Assembly (NCBI GenBank): GCA_017540565.1
Contig: JAFYAU010000034.1
Span: 40,335 to 104,334, forward strand
DNA length: 64,000 nucleotides
Origin: Oscillospiraceae bacterium
Lineage (GTDB): Bacteria; Bacillota; Clostridia; Oscillospirales; Oscillospiraceae
Direction of reading: 5' to 3'
Below are positions 1 to 8,374 of the stretch, one piece after another. The number at the start of each line of letters is the position of its first letter. Position 1 is the stretch's first letter. The position numbers were made by a program, and so were the translations under genes. The notes beneath the pieces were generated by a model. That model made no database searches. It saw only the letters and a list, made by a program, of their open reading frames with translations, and was not told where the DNA came from.

Positions 1-963
1 GTGGGCCATCCCGTCTCCGGCGACCTGAGCAAATACGAGACCTTCGATCAGTTCATGGCGGACTTCCTTCCCGAATACAGATATTTCGTCGAGACCGCGG
101 CGGAGAAGCTGAACATCGAGAGCGCCGTGTTCAAGGATCTGCTCCCCGATCCCTTCCGCGCCGCCTTCATGGCCAACGGCATCAAGTCCGGCCTCGACTG
201 CTACGCGCAGGAATACCCCTTCGAAAGCAATCAGCTGCTCAATCCCGTGGGCATGGTGAACCTCGCCCAGTGCCTGTATGCCATCAAGAAACTCTGCTTC
301 GAGGAAAAGGTCTGCACGCTGCCCGAGATGAAGAAGGCCATGGACGCCAACTGGGTCGGCTATGAGGATCTGCACAAGCGCTGCCTCGACCTGCCCCATT
401 ACGGCAACGGCAACGACGAAGCAGACGACATGGTCCGCCAGTGCTACCGCTGGTGGGTGGATATCGCCAACCAGACGCCCTCTTCTCTGGGCGGGCATTT
501 CCGCTGCTCGGCCATTTCCGTCACCAGCCATCAGCCCGGCGGCGCCCTGTGCGGCGCCATGCCGGACGGCCGCTACAAGGGCGACATCCTGGCCGATGCC
601 TGCGCGTCCCCGATGGCCGGCTGCGACCACGAGGGTCCTCTCGCGGTGTTCACCTCCGCCATGAAGATCCCCCAGGATGAGTTCCAGGCCATGCTGCTGA
701 ACATGAAGTTCTCCCCCAGCGCACTGTCCACCGACCGCGACAAGATGAAACTGGCCAGCGTCATCAAGGCGTATTTCGCCAATGGCGGCAAGCACGTGCA
801 GTTCATCGTGGAGGATCAGGAGACTCTGAAGGATGCCAAGGCTCATCCGGAGAAGCACAATGACCTGATGGTGCGCGTGGCCGGATACAGCACGTACTTC
901 GTGCAGCTGACGCCCGGTCTTCAGGACGAGGTCATCGCCCGCACGGAGAATACCCAGATCTGA
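1..963 (+). CDS. glycyl radical enzyme (PFL2/dehydratase-like clade), C-terminal 320 aa; 5' end lies outside the window
   Basis: The ORF is open from base 1. It carries the glycyl-radical fingerprint RVAGYSTYF (Gly codon 883-885) and a SHQPGG..MPDGR..GDILAD block. It is clearly paralogous by eye to the complete GRE at 32567-34966. Confidence 0.9.
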   Translation: MGHPVSGDLSKYETFDQFMADFLPEYRYFVETAAEKLNIESAVFKDLLPDPFRAAFMANGIKSGLDCYAQEYPFESNQLLNPVGMVNLAQCLYAIKKLCFEEKVCTLPEMKKAMDANWVGYEDLHKRCLDLPHYGNGNDEADDMVRQCYRWWVDIANQTPSSLGGHFRCSAISVTSHQPGGALCGAMPDGRYKGDILADACASPMAGCDHEGPLAVFTSAMKIPQDEFQAMLLNMKFSPSALSTDRDKMKLASVIKAYFANGGKHVQFIVEDQETLKDAKAHPEKHNDLMVRVAGYSTYFVQLTPGLQDEVIARTENTQI

Positions 964-988
964 TCCCTCCCCAAGGAGCTGATTCATT

Positions 989-1927
989 TTGACCGACAGA
1001 TATATGGAGCTTACAGCCCCGGTTTTCAACGTTCAGACATATTCCATCCATGACGGTCCCGGCATCCGCGTGACGGTCTTTGTGAAAGGCTGCCCGCTGC
1101 GCTGCCGCTGGTGCGCAAACCCGGAATCCAATCTCGCAAGGCCGCAGCTGATGACCTACGCCGCCAAATGCACTGCGTGCGGACGCTGCGTCGCCGCATG
1201 TCCGCAGAAGGCCGTTTCCATCGGAACGCTGCACGACAAGCCCTGCGCGATCACCGACCGGGAGCTCTGCGTGGAGTGCGGGGTCTGCGTGGACGTCTGT
1301 CCCTGCGAAGCCCGCGAGATCGTCGGTCGGGAAAAGACCGTGCGCGAGGTCCTGGAGCAGGTCCTCAAAGACAAACTGTTCATCGACGCGTCCGGAGGCG
1401 GAATGACCGTCAGTGGCGGAGAATGCCTTGCGCATCCGGATTTCACCGAGGCTCTGCTTTACGCCGCGAAGGAGCAGGGGCTGCACACGGCCATCGAATC
1501 CTCCTCCTTTGCCTCCGAAGCCGTTTTTGACCAGGTGCTGCGCTACGTCGATCTGGCTCTGCTGGATATCAAGCACATGGACTCCGACATCCACCGCGAG
1601 CTGACCGGCGTGCCCAATGAGCAGATCCTCAGCAACATCCGCCACGCGGTGCACGATCTGAAGAAGAACGTCACCGTCCGGGTGCCCACGATCCCCGGAT
1701 ACAACGATTCCGAGGAGAACATCCGGGCTACGGCCCGGTTCGTGAAAGAGGAACTCGGCCCGGACGTCGGCATCCATCTCCTCCCCTACCACCGGCTCGG
1801 AGAATCGAAAAACGAAAGTCTCGGCAAGGTCATGGATCTTTCCGTTTCCGTTCCCTCCGACGAGCACATGCAGGACCTGAAGCGGATCGTGGAATCCTAC
1901 GGTCTCTACTGCCAGATCGGCGGCTGA
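989..1927 (+). CDS. glycyl radical enzyme activating enzyme (radical SAM)
   Basis: CPLRCRWC matches the CxxxCxxC radical-SAM motif near the N-terminus. Two ferredoxin-like clusters follow (CTACGRCVAACP, CVECGVCVDVCP). AAGGAG lies 11 nt upstream of TTG 989. The gene sits directly downstream of a GRE. Confidence 0.9.
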   Translation: MTDRYMELTAPVFNVQTYSIHDGPGIRVTVFVKGCPLRCRWCANPESNLARPQLMTYAAKCTACGRCVAACPQKAVSIGTLHDKPCAITDRELCVECGVCVDVCPCEAREIVGREKTVREVLEQVLKDKLFIDASGGGMTVSGGECLAHPDFTEALLYAAKEQGLHTAIESSSFASEAVFDQVLRYVDLALLDIKHMDSDIHRELTGVPNEQILSNIRHAVHDLKKNVTVRVPTIPGYNDSEENIRATARFVKEELGPDVGIHLLPYHRLGESKNESLGKVMDLSVSVPSDEHMQDLKRIVESYGLYCQIGG

Positions 1928-1975
1928 CATCCCTCAAATACCGTACTGTATTCATACTTCATACATTTTCCTCAG

Positions 1976-2030
1976 AACGGCGGAGCCGGCGTGTGATCTT
2001 CCCCATCACGCGCCGGCCCCGCCGTTTTCC
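1976..2030 (+). terminator. intrinsic terminator after the activase gene
   Basis: A 22-position GC-rich stem (1976-1997 pairs with 2005-2026, one mismatch) has a 7-nt loop and is followed by TTTT. Confidence 0.7.
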
Positions 2031-2054
2031 CATCATTCACTTGATCAGGCCGTC

Positions 2055-3287
2055 TCAGAATATCCGGTCGAAATTGTCCGGTCCGAGCTGCTCGTAGACG
2101 GAATGGATCTGTGCCAGGCCTCCGTGGGCGGTCTCGCGGTACTTCTCATTCATGTCGATCCCCGTCTCGTACATCGTCGCGATGACCTCGTCGAGCGAGA
2201 TCCGGCGGGTATCGGAGAGGAAGCGGGAAATGTTGACCGCGTTGACGACACGCATGGCGCCGATGGCATTGCGTTCGATGCACGGGATCTGGACAAGTCC
2301 CCTGACCGGGTCGCAGGTCAGTCCCAGCTGGTGTTCCATCGCGATCTCCGCCGAGTACTCGATCTCGCCCATCGACAGATGAAACAGCTGCGCGAGTCCC
2401 GCGGCGGCCATGGAGCATGCGCTCCCGATCTCCGCCTGGCAGCCGCATTCCGCCCCGGACACGCTGGCGTTCGTGCGTATAATGTTTCCGATCAGTCCGG
2501 CGACCGCCAGGGCGTCGACGATCTCATCATCCGAAAATCCCCTGTCGTGTTTCATGTAGTAGAAGACCGCGGGGATGATCCCGCAGCTGCCGCACGTCGG
2601 CGCCGTGACCACGACCTGCTCGTCCGCGTTCTCTTCGCTCACGGCAAAAGCATAGGCGGCCAGTTTGCGGTCGAACGTGACGTCAGACGATTCGTTGTGG
2701 CAGCGCATGCTGTACAGATGCCTGGCCTTTCTCGTAAGATTCAGCCCTCCGGGAAGGACGCCCTCCGCATCCAGTCCCCTCCGGACCGCCTCCTGCATCG
2801 CGTTCCACACGGTGAGCAGATACTCCCGGATATCCGGACTCTCCTTTGAGTAAATATACTCCAGCAGCGTCATGCCCGTCTGCTGGCAGGTCTCCCTGAA
2901 CTGATGGAAGCTCCTCTCGGCGTAGACCTCGGTGTCGTCTGGAGACGTCTCCCCCTCGATGCGGATGGACCCTCCGCCGACGCTCATGATCCGCAGCGCG
3001 CCGATCTCCTCTCCGCCCCTGAACGCGCGGAAGAGCATGGTGTTCGGGTGGGGCAGATCCTTCTCCGTTTTGTCCGGAACGATCTTCGCGCCGGGTATCA
3101 CAGTCCGTATCGCCTTCCCCGTTCCGTGACCCTCCCCGGTATACGCGAGAGAACCATACAGGATCACTTCGTACCCGTCGGCGGCGGGATAGCGCGACAG
3201 AAACAGGCGTGCCGCGTTGTACGGACCTACGGTATGCGAACTGGACGGTCCGTTTCCTATCTTGTAAACGCTTCTGATGCTTCTCAC
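2055..3287 (-). CDS. sdaA: L-serine dehydratase, iron-sulfur dependent, single-chain form
   Basis: N-terminal KIGNGPSSSHTVGP signature and C-terminal Cys-containing alpha-domain blocks (TCGSCG, ECGCQAEIGSA). GTG start with GGAGG 8 nt upstream. Confidence 0.85.
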   Translation of the reverse strand: MRSIRSVYKIGNGPSSSHTVGPYNAARLFLSRYPAADGYEVILYGSLAYTGEGHGTGKAIRTVIPGAKIVPDKTEKDLPHPNTMLFRAFRGGEEIGALRIMSVGGGSIRIEGETSPDDTEVYAERSFHQFRETCQQTGMTLLEYIYSKESPDIREYLLTVWNAMQEAVRRGLDAEGVLPGGLNLTRKARHLYSMRCHNESSDVTFDRKLAAYAFAVSEENADEQVVVTAPTCGSCGIIPAVFYYMKHDRGFSDDEIVDALAVAGLIGNIIRTNASVSGAECGCQAEIGSACSMAAAGLAQLFHLSMGEIEYSAEIAMEHQLGLTCDPVRGLVQIPCIERNAIGAMRVVNAVNISRFLSDTRRISLDEVIATMYETGIDMNEKYRETAHGGLAQIHSVYEQLGPDNFDRIF

Positions 3288-3339
3288 AGATGGACACCTC
3301 CACAGTTTCCGGCCGGCAGTGACGCCCGGCGGCAGCTGA

Positions 3340-3390
3340 AAAAGAAATAGAAAAAGGGCTGCGCACTGCGGATCGGAGATCCATAGTGCG
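3340..3390 (-). terminator. hairpin plus T-runs downstream of tRNA-Arg
   Basis: On the minus strand the interrupted stem GCACT..GGATC / GATCC..AGTGC (3363-3389) is followed by TTTTTCTATTTCTTTTT. Confidence 0.55.
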
Positions 3391-3401
3391 ACAGCCCCTT
3401 C

Positions 3402-3478
3402 TGGTACGCCCGATGCGATTCGAACGCACGACCTTCAGAGTCGGAGTCTGACACTCTATCCAGCTGAGCTACGGGCGC
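3402..3478 (-). tRNA. tRNA-Arg (anticodon CCG) with encoded CCA
   Basis: The reverse complement folds by hand as a cloverleaf: acceptor GCGCCCG/CGGGCGT, D-arm GCTC..GAGT, anticodon stem TCAGA/TCTGA with loop CTCCGAC, T-arm GTGCG-TTCGAAT-CGCAT, 3' ACCA. Confidence 0.9.
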
Positions 3479-3557
3479 ATACCTTTTTGCCGCCCGGTCA
3501 TTATAACAAACAAGCTCCGCCGTGTAAAGAGGAATTTCCCCGTCTTTCCGCGACTTT

Positions 3558-4178
3558 TCAGGTGGGGATCGCGGCCTCCAGCGCCTTTCTTCCCAGTTCC
3601 TCTGCCTTCTCTTCGGGGATGAAGAAGACGATGGCGGCAAGGATGATGGAGACACGCTCCTCAGGGGCCGTCTTGATCATCACGTCCTCCTCAGTGACGG
3701 AGAACATCTCCGTCTGCACCTTCTCCGCGGAGGCCTTGATGTGACCGATGACGCCGCCCATCTCATTGACGGCAGCGGCAAACTGCTTCAGTCCCTTGCC
3801 CAGCCCGAGGCGGATGGCATCGTAGTCCCCGGTCAGTTCCAGACTGCCGGACACCACCTTCGCGTCGTCATGCAGCTTCACCTGGGTATAGACCACCCCG
3901 GGGATCTTCTGCTCGTATGTATGCTCATGCTCGTGTTCATGGTCGTGACCGCAGCCGCAGTCTTCGTCGTGATCATGATGATGCTCGTGTCCGTGATGGT
4001 GTTCGTGGCATCCGCATTCTTCATCATGTTCATGATGATGGTGATGATGCTCATGGCAGCCGCAATGGTCTTCGCCCTCATGATCATGGTCATGGTGATG
4101 GTGTCCGTGATCGTGATGGTCGCGGCCGCAGCCGCAGGATTCTTCCAGCTGCTCCCCGCGGATCTCTTCCTCGCTCAT
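3558..4178 (-). CDS. Cys/His-rich metal-binding protein: four CGC-(His/Asp/Glu) modules plus a ~120-aa C-terminal domain. Probably the detached C-terminal half of a COG0523 protein.
   Basis: ATG 4178-4176 overlaps the TGA (4177-4175) of the upstream GTPase gene as ATGA. The protein starts MSEEEIRGEQ and contains CGCGRDHHDHGHHHHDHDHE, CGCHEHHHHHHEHDEE, CGCHEHHHGHEHHHDHDED and CGCGHDHEHEHEH. The first 108 codons of the 314-aa track ORF overlap the GTPase gene in another frame and were discarded. Confidence 0.7.
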   Translation of the reverse strand: MSEEEIRGEQLEESCGCGRDHHDHGHHHHDHDHEGEDHCGCHEHHHHHHEHDEECGCHEHHHGHEHHHDHDEDCGCGHDHEHEHEHTYEQKIPGVVYTQVKLHDDAKVVSGSLELTGDYDAIRLGLGKGLKQFAAAVNEMGGVIGHIKASAEKVQTEMFSVTEEDVMIKTAPEERVSIILAAIVFFIPEEKAEELGRKALEAAIPT

Positions 4179-4774
4179 TCTCCCAGCACTCCCTTCCACA
4201 CGGCTCCATCCACCGGCTTCAGGCCGGAGATGTGATAGATGTTGGCCTTCGGCTCGAAGAACAGGATGTCCTTGTCCACGGCCTGAACGGTGGCTTCCTC
4301 CACCAGATCGATCTTGTTCACGAGCACGGCGTCGGAACCCTGGATCTGTCCCATGAGCAGGTTCTCCATGGGGATGCGAAGCCGCCGCCAGCGGGAGGCG
4401 TCGACCAGCACGCCGATGCGGGACTCGATATCCAGGGCGATCTTGAGATTCTCCTGGATACGGATCGGATAGGCCAGGCCCGTGGTCTCCACGATCAGCC
4501 ATTCCGGATCGTACTCGCTGCGGATCCGGCCGGCCGCGGTGACCATCTCCCCGGACACGCTGCAGCAGGCGCAGCCGGCGAACAGGTTGTCCACCTGGAA
4601 GCCGCCTCCCCGCAGGAACGCGTCGTCGATGCCCACCTCACCGATCTCGTTCTCAAGAATCATCACCTTGATCTCCTTGTCCGACTTGCTGTTCTCCACG
4701 ACGTATCTGGCCAGCTGCATCAGGCAGGTCGTCTTTCCGGAGCCGAGGAATCCGCCGAAGATCAGTACTTTCAT
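4175..4774 (-). CDS. COG0523 (CobW/HypB/UreG-type G3E) GTPase, nucleotide-binding domain only
   Basis: P-loop GGFLGSGKTT, the CxCC metal motif GCACCS, ETTG (switch) and NKID (specificity) motifs. At 199 aa it stops at the usual domain boundary. Confidence 0.85.
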   Translation of the reverse strand: MKVLIFGGFLGSGKTTCLMQLARYVVENSKSDKEIKVMILENEIGEVGIDDAFLRGGGFQVDNLFAGCACCSVSGEMVTAAGRIRSEYDPEWLIVETTGLAYPIRIQENLKIALDIESRIGVLVDASRWRRLRIPMENLLMGQIQGSDAVLVNKIDLVEEATVQAVDKDILFFEPKANIYHISGLKPVDGAVWKGVLGE

Positions 4775-4800
4775 CGTCTGTTCGCTTCCTTTCCGAAAGG

Positions 4801-4840
4801 GATTCTCAAAACGCGCAGGCCCGGGTCCCGGACCTGCGCG
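4801..4840 (-). terminator. GC-rich hairpin plus TTTT between the methyltransferase-like gene and the COG0523 gene (terminator or attenuator)
   Basis: The stem CGCGCAGG (4812-4819) pairs with CCTGCGCG (4833-4840). On the minus strand it is followed by TTTTGAG. Confidence 0.55.
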
Positions 4841-4855
4841 CTCTACACAGAGATA

Positions 4856-5875
4856 TTATTTATAGAAGGTGTGGGAGATCTCCTCGAAGGTCTCGTTCAG
4901 CACCTTGTTCTTGTGGGCGCTGACCGTATCCTTGGGTCCTGTGCCCATGAAGCTGCCCATCCAGCAGAAATCGCCGTTGGGGGCCAGCATGTTGACGGTA
5001 TCGTAGACCGACTGCCGGATCTCATCGTCCGTGCAGTCTGCGCTCAGCAGGCGCCCGTCGGCATGCCATCCGCCGTTGATCGTCAGCCTGCCTGCATAGT
5101 CCTCTTTGATCTTCTTCAGATTGTTCATGGGCTGGGCGGGATCCCAGGCCGTCACGCCGAAGTCCACCATGTCGGGGATGACCGCTTCGCAGTGGCCGCA
5201 GTTGTGGAACGTGATGGGAAGGCCGCGCTCGATGCCGAACTTGGCCTGGCGCTTGTAGCAGGGCACCAGGAATTCCCTGTACATGTCAGGGGAGATGAAC
5301 ATATTGAGGGCAGAAGCCGTATCGTCCATCATGGTGTACACGTCGGGTTTCACGTAGTCGATGATCTTTTCGGCCACAGTGCAGTAGAACGTGCAGATGT
5401 AGTCCAGCAGGGCTTCGACCTCCTCGGGCTCCTCGTAGAACATCATAAGTCCGTCCTCGAAGCCCATGAAGGCCATCAGGTTCTGGAAGAACCCGAAATG
5501 CAGGTTGAAGGCAATGGCCGTCTCCTCGCGGTTGACGCCGCAGTGGTCGAGGCTCTTCTTGGCCATGGCTTCCCAGTCGATGCCCTCCAGGGAAGGCGCT
5601 TTGATGACATCGCGCCATTTGGTGATGTCCGGCAGGATATAGTCCCACGTCTTGGGGATGAGCGCCCCCGCGGTCTCCGGACTGGAGATGTATTCCACGC
5701 CCCAGTGGTCCTTGCCGCCGCCGCGCCAGCGGTGATCGGCCAGGATCTCCGGCTCAAGGATGCAGTTGGGGGGATTCGAGGGATCTCCGGGCAGGATGCC
5801 GAAAGTATACTTGGGGATATACTCCGGGATCTGGTGGTGCAGGGTGCGGAGATAGTTTTCTTTCTGATTCAGCAT
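4856..5875 (-). CDS. uroporphyrinogen-decarboxylase (UroD/MtaA/CmuA) family methyltransferase-like protein
   Basis: UroD-family TIM-barrel pattern with an HNCGH motif. About half of its residues are identical by eye to the ORF at 48057-49088. Start set at ATG 5875 (MLNQKENYL, aligning with the paralog's MINGKENF), with a GGAG-type RBS. The track start at 5938 is a GTG only a few nt from a predicted -10. Confidence 0.85.
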   Translation of the reverse strand: MLNQKENYLRTLHHQIPEYIPKYTFGILPGDPSNPPNCILEPEILADHRWRGGGKDHWGVEYISSPETAGALIPKTWDYILPDITKWRDVIKAPSLEGIDWEAMAKKSLDHCGVNREETAIAFNLHFGFFQNLMAFMGFEDGLMMFYEEPEEVEALLDYICTFYCTVAEKIIDYVKPDVYTMMDDTASALNMFISPDMYREFLVPCYKRQAKFGIERGLPITFHNCGHCEAVIPDMVDFGVTAWDPAQPMNNLKKIKEDYAGRLTINGGWHADGRLLSADCTDDEIRQSVYDTVNMLAPNGDFCWMGSFMGTGPKDTVSAHKNKVLNETFEEISHTFYK

Positions 5876-5949
5876 AGTGTTCACTCCATCCGGCTTGACA
5901 GCCTTTTTGATTCTGATATTTCGAAAGATCTCTTTCACTTAGTCTTTTT

Positions 5950-5978
5950 ATTATACCCCACCGGATACGCCCGCGCAA
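5950..5978 (-). promoter_or_regulatory. candidate sigma-70-type promoter for the methyltransferase-like gene
   Basis: Minus strand reads TTGCGC (5978-5973), 17 nt spacer, TATAAT (5955-5950). Confidence 0.4.
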
Positions 5979-6020
5979 GTGAGGGGCGAAAAGACGTTTC
6001 CGGCGGTCAGGGATGACCGC

Positions 6021-6197
6021 TCATTCCCGGTCCTCCGGTTCCGCGAAGGCCTTCTCCATCAGGCGGCAGGTGCCGGAGAACTCACAGTCCGGATACAGGC
6101 AGTCGGTGCTCCACTCCCCGTCTTCATATTCAAGGCAGAGCACGCGGTTTCCGTCGAGCTTGCGGCAGTATCCGGTGACGATGCGCTCTTCGTTCAT
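6021..6197 (-). CDS. small cysteine-rich hypothetical protein (58 aa)
   Basis: ATG 6197-6195 overlaps the TGA 6196-6194 of the upstream DUF2284 gene (ATGA). Sequence MNEERIVTGYCRKLDGNRVLCLEYEDGEWSTDCLYPDCEFSGTCRL has five Cys. No family recognised. Confidence 0.45.
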   Translation of the reverse strand: MNEERIVTGYCRKLDGNRVLCLEYEDGEWSTDCLYPDCEFSGTCRLMEKAFAEPEDRE

Positions 6198-6733
6198 TCC
6201 AGCAGGAAGCATCCCGTATAGCAGATCGTGTCCTTCCCGTGGTTGTAGGGAACGCCGTTGGCGGTGCAGACCTCGCTCACCACGAGGCCGCAGGCCTCCA
6301 TGGAGCTGACGAGCTCGTCGGGGAACCGGCAGGGGGCATCGGGATAGGTGCAGGTCTTGCAGCGGGTGCAGGTGCCCGTGCCCATGCCCATCATGTCCGG
6401 GTACATCTCGCGCATGATCTTCCACATCTTCGAGTAGTTTTCGCTCTGCTTCTCGGCGGTCTCCTGGATGGTCTCAAAATCGAAGCTGTCCTCCATCTGG
6501 CCGACCGTCTGCACGAGGATGCCGGCGGAATACTTTTTCACCTTGTCCCGCATCTCCTCCAGCGATCCGCAGCCGGGAGGGCAGGCCCAGGACTTGCCGT
6601 ACATGCCGCAGGTGTTGGCCGCGCACATGTCGCGCACCTCGGGCAGGAACCTCATGGTGGATACGTCCAGCTTCCCATAGGAGTTGAAGCCGCATTCCTT
6701 CGCGATCTCAAACAATTTCTCGTAGTCAAGCAT
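6194..6733 (-). CDS. DUF2284-type predicted metal-binding protein
   Basis: The motif C..N.CG.YG..W.CPP is present as CAANTCGMYGKSWACPPGCG, and a second Cys cluster CTRCKTCTYPDAPC follows. GGAGGAGG RBS upstream of ATG 6733. The upstream part of the 488-aa track ORF was discarded. Confidence 0.8.
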   Translation of the reverse strand: MLDYEKLFEIAKECGFNSYGKLDVSTMRFLPEVRDMCAANTCGMYGKSWACPPGCGSLEEMRDKVKKYSAGILVQTVGQMEDSFDFETIQETAEKQSENYSKMWKIMREMYPDMMGMGTGTCTRCKTCTYPDAPCRFPDELVSSMEACGLVVSEVCTANGVPYNHGKDTICYTGCFLLE

Positions 6734-6816
6734 AACAGATCCTCCTCCGGCGTTTCCGCCGCATGTATTATTTCCCCTTTGTTCCTCTTTATCCTCTTTC
6801 CTTTTCAGGCGCCGGT

Positions 6817-8361
6817 TCAGGCCTCCCAGTCCTCCTCCGGGATGAACATCATCTGCTCGATGAACTCGTCGTTGAACGTCCGGCTCGTGGAGAGCTCTAT
6901 GTAGGTGCACCTGGCGCACAGATCCAGTACCCGGCGGCGGTCCTTCTCCGACCACACCGCAAGGGCCGCGCCCTCGCCCGCCGTGTTGCCCATGGTCTTC
7001 GCGACCGGCAGAAATTCCTTCGGAAACAGTCCTATCCGCGCGGCGCTCGTCTTGTCCATATAGCTGCCGAATCCGCCGCACAGGAGAAAGCTCTTCACCT
7101 CGGTGACGTCGGCCTCCTTCATCATGGTCTGTATGCCGGCGGCAATGGCGGATTTGGCCAGCTGCAGCTTGCGCACGTCGTCCGCGGTCACGCACACGCC
7201 GGTGGAGCGGTCGGCGAAGAACACGTTCTTCCCGTCCACGGTCCCCATGTAGTCCGTGACGGGGCCCTCCAGTTCGTCGGCTCCCAGCAGACGGCCGCCC
7301 TCGTCCACGACCCCGTTTTCCAGCATCACGGCAAGCATGTCGAGAAGGCCGGATCCGCAGATGCCCGTGCTGGGCCCATTCCCGATCACGTCGATCTCCA
7401 GCTTCCCGTCCGCCCAGCGGGCGTGGTTGACGGCGCCTGGCACCGCGGCCATGCCGTACGTGATCTCCGCGCCCTCGAAAGCCGGTCCCGCGGCGGTGGC
7501 GCACACGTACCACTCGTCTCCGTCCTTCAGACCCATCTCGCCGTTGGTTCCGATGTCCAGATACACGACAGGGCCGGCCTCCTCGTCCAGGTTGCAGGCC
7601 ATCATCCCGATGGTGATGTCGCCGCCCACGTAGGAGTGCACGCAGGGAGCCATGAAACACATGGTCCCCGGCGCGACGGGCATGTCGTCGCCGGCCGGGA
7701 TCTCCTCGCCGAACAGGCTCACCGGGGTGAACGGGACGACTCCCATCCCCACAGGCGAATAGCCGGCGAACAGATGCTGCATGATGGTGTTCCCCGCGAT
7801 GGACAGGTAGGTGATCTCGTCCTGCTTCACGCCGGACTTCCGCATGTTCTCTCGGATCAGATCGGCCAGCTGTCCGCGGATGGCCGCCGTCAGCTTCTCA
7901 TGGCCGTGGGCGGCGCAGTACTGGATGCGGCTGATCACGTCCGCGCCGAACGGGCGCTGGGCGTTGACGCCGCTGGATGTCGCCACTCTCTTTCCCGTGG
8001 GCAGATCCGTCAGGTGCGCCACGACCGTGGTCGTTCCTATATCCACCGCGATGCCGTAGGGGCCCGTCGTCCCCTCTCCGGAGGCACCGGCCCCGTGGCC
8101 TTCCTCCGCGATCTTCATCTCGTTCATCTCGTCGGGGAGATAGATGTCCGTATCCCCCTCCAGGAGCGTGGTGCAAGCCTTCACCTTCTCCCCGTCCGGG
8201 GCAAGCTGCACCAGGCACTTGCCGCATTTGCCCTGTCCACCGCAGGGGGCGTCCAGAAACTCTCCGGCTGCCGTCACGCAGTGGAGAAGGGTATCCCCCA
8301 CCTTCCCGACGGTCTCCTTCAGCAGCACGCCGTCGCGGTACAACCTGATCTTTGCGTCCAT
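6817..8361 (-). CDS. reductive activator of corrinoid enzymes (N-terminal 2Fe-2S ferredoxin plus ASKHA/DUF4445 ATPase)
   Basis: Plant-type ferredoxin motif CGGQGKCGKC..C at the N-terminus, followed by ASKHA-like blocks (GIAVDIGTTT, YLDIGTNGE). AGGAGG RBS. Confidence 0.85.
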   Translation of the reverse strand: MDAKIRLYRDGVLLKETVGKVGDTLLHCVTAAGEFLDAPCGGQGKCGKCLVQLAPDGEKVKACTTLLEGDTDIYLPDEMNEMKIAEEGHGAGASGEGTTGPYGIAVDIGTTTVVAHLTDLPTGKRVATSSGVNAQRPFGADVISRIQYCAAHGHEKLTAAIRGQLADLIRENMRKSGVKQDEITYLSIAGNTIMQHLFAGYSPVGMGVVPFTPVSLFGEEIPAGDDMPVAPGTMCFMAPCVHSYVGGDITIGMMACNLDEEAGPVVYLDIGTNGEMGLKDGDEWYVCATAAGPAFEGAEITYGMAAVPGAVNHARWADGKLEIDVIGNGPSTGICGSGLLDMLAVMLENGVVDEGGRLLGADELEGPVTDYMGTVDGKNVFFADRSTGVCVTADDVRKLQLAKSAIAAGIQTMMKEADVTEVKSFLLCGGFGSYMDKTSAARIGLFPKEFLPVAKTMGNTAGEGAALAVWSEKDRRRVLDLCARCTYIELSTSRTFNDEFIEQMMFIPEEDWEA

Positions 8362-8374
8362 AGAGTCCTCCTTG

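Noticed and set aside
4179-4502. First 108 codons of the 314-aa ORF 3558-4502
   Set aside because: They overlap the COG0523 GTPase gene in a different frame and translate to Arg/Gly/Pro-rich sequence. An internal ATG with an ATGA stop-start overlap gives a coherent protein.
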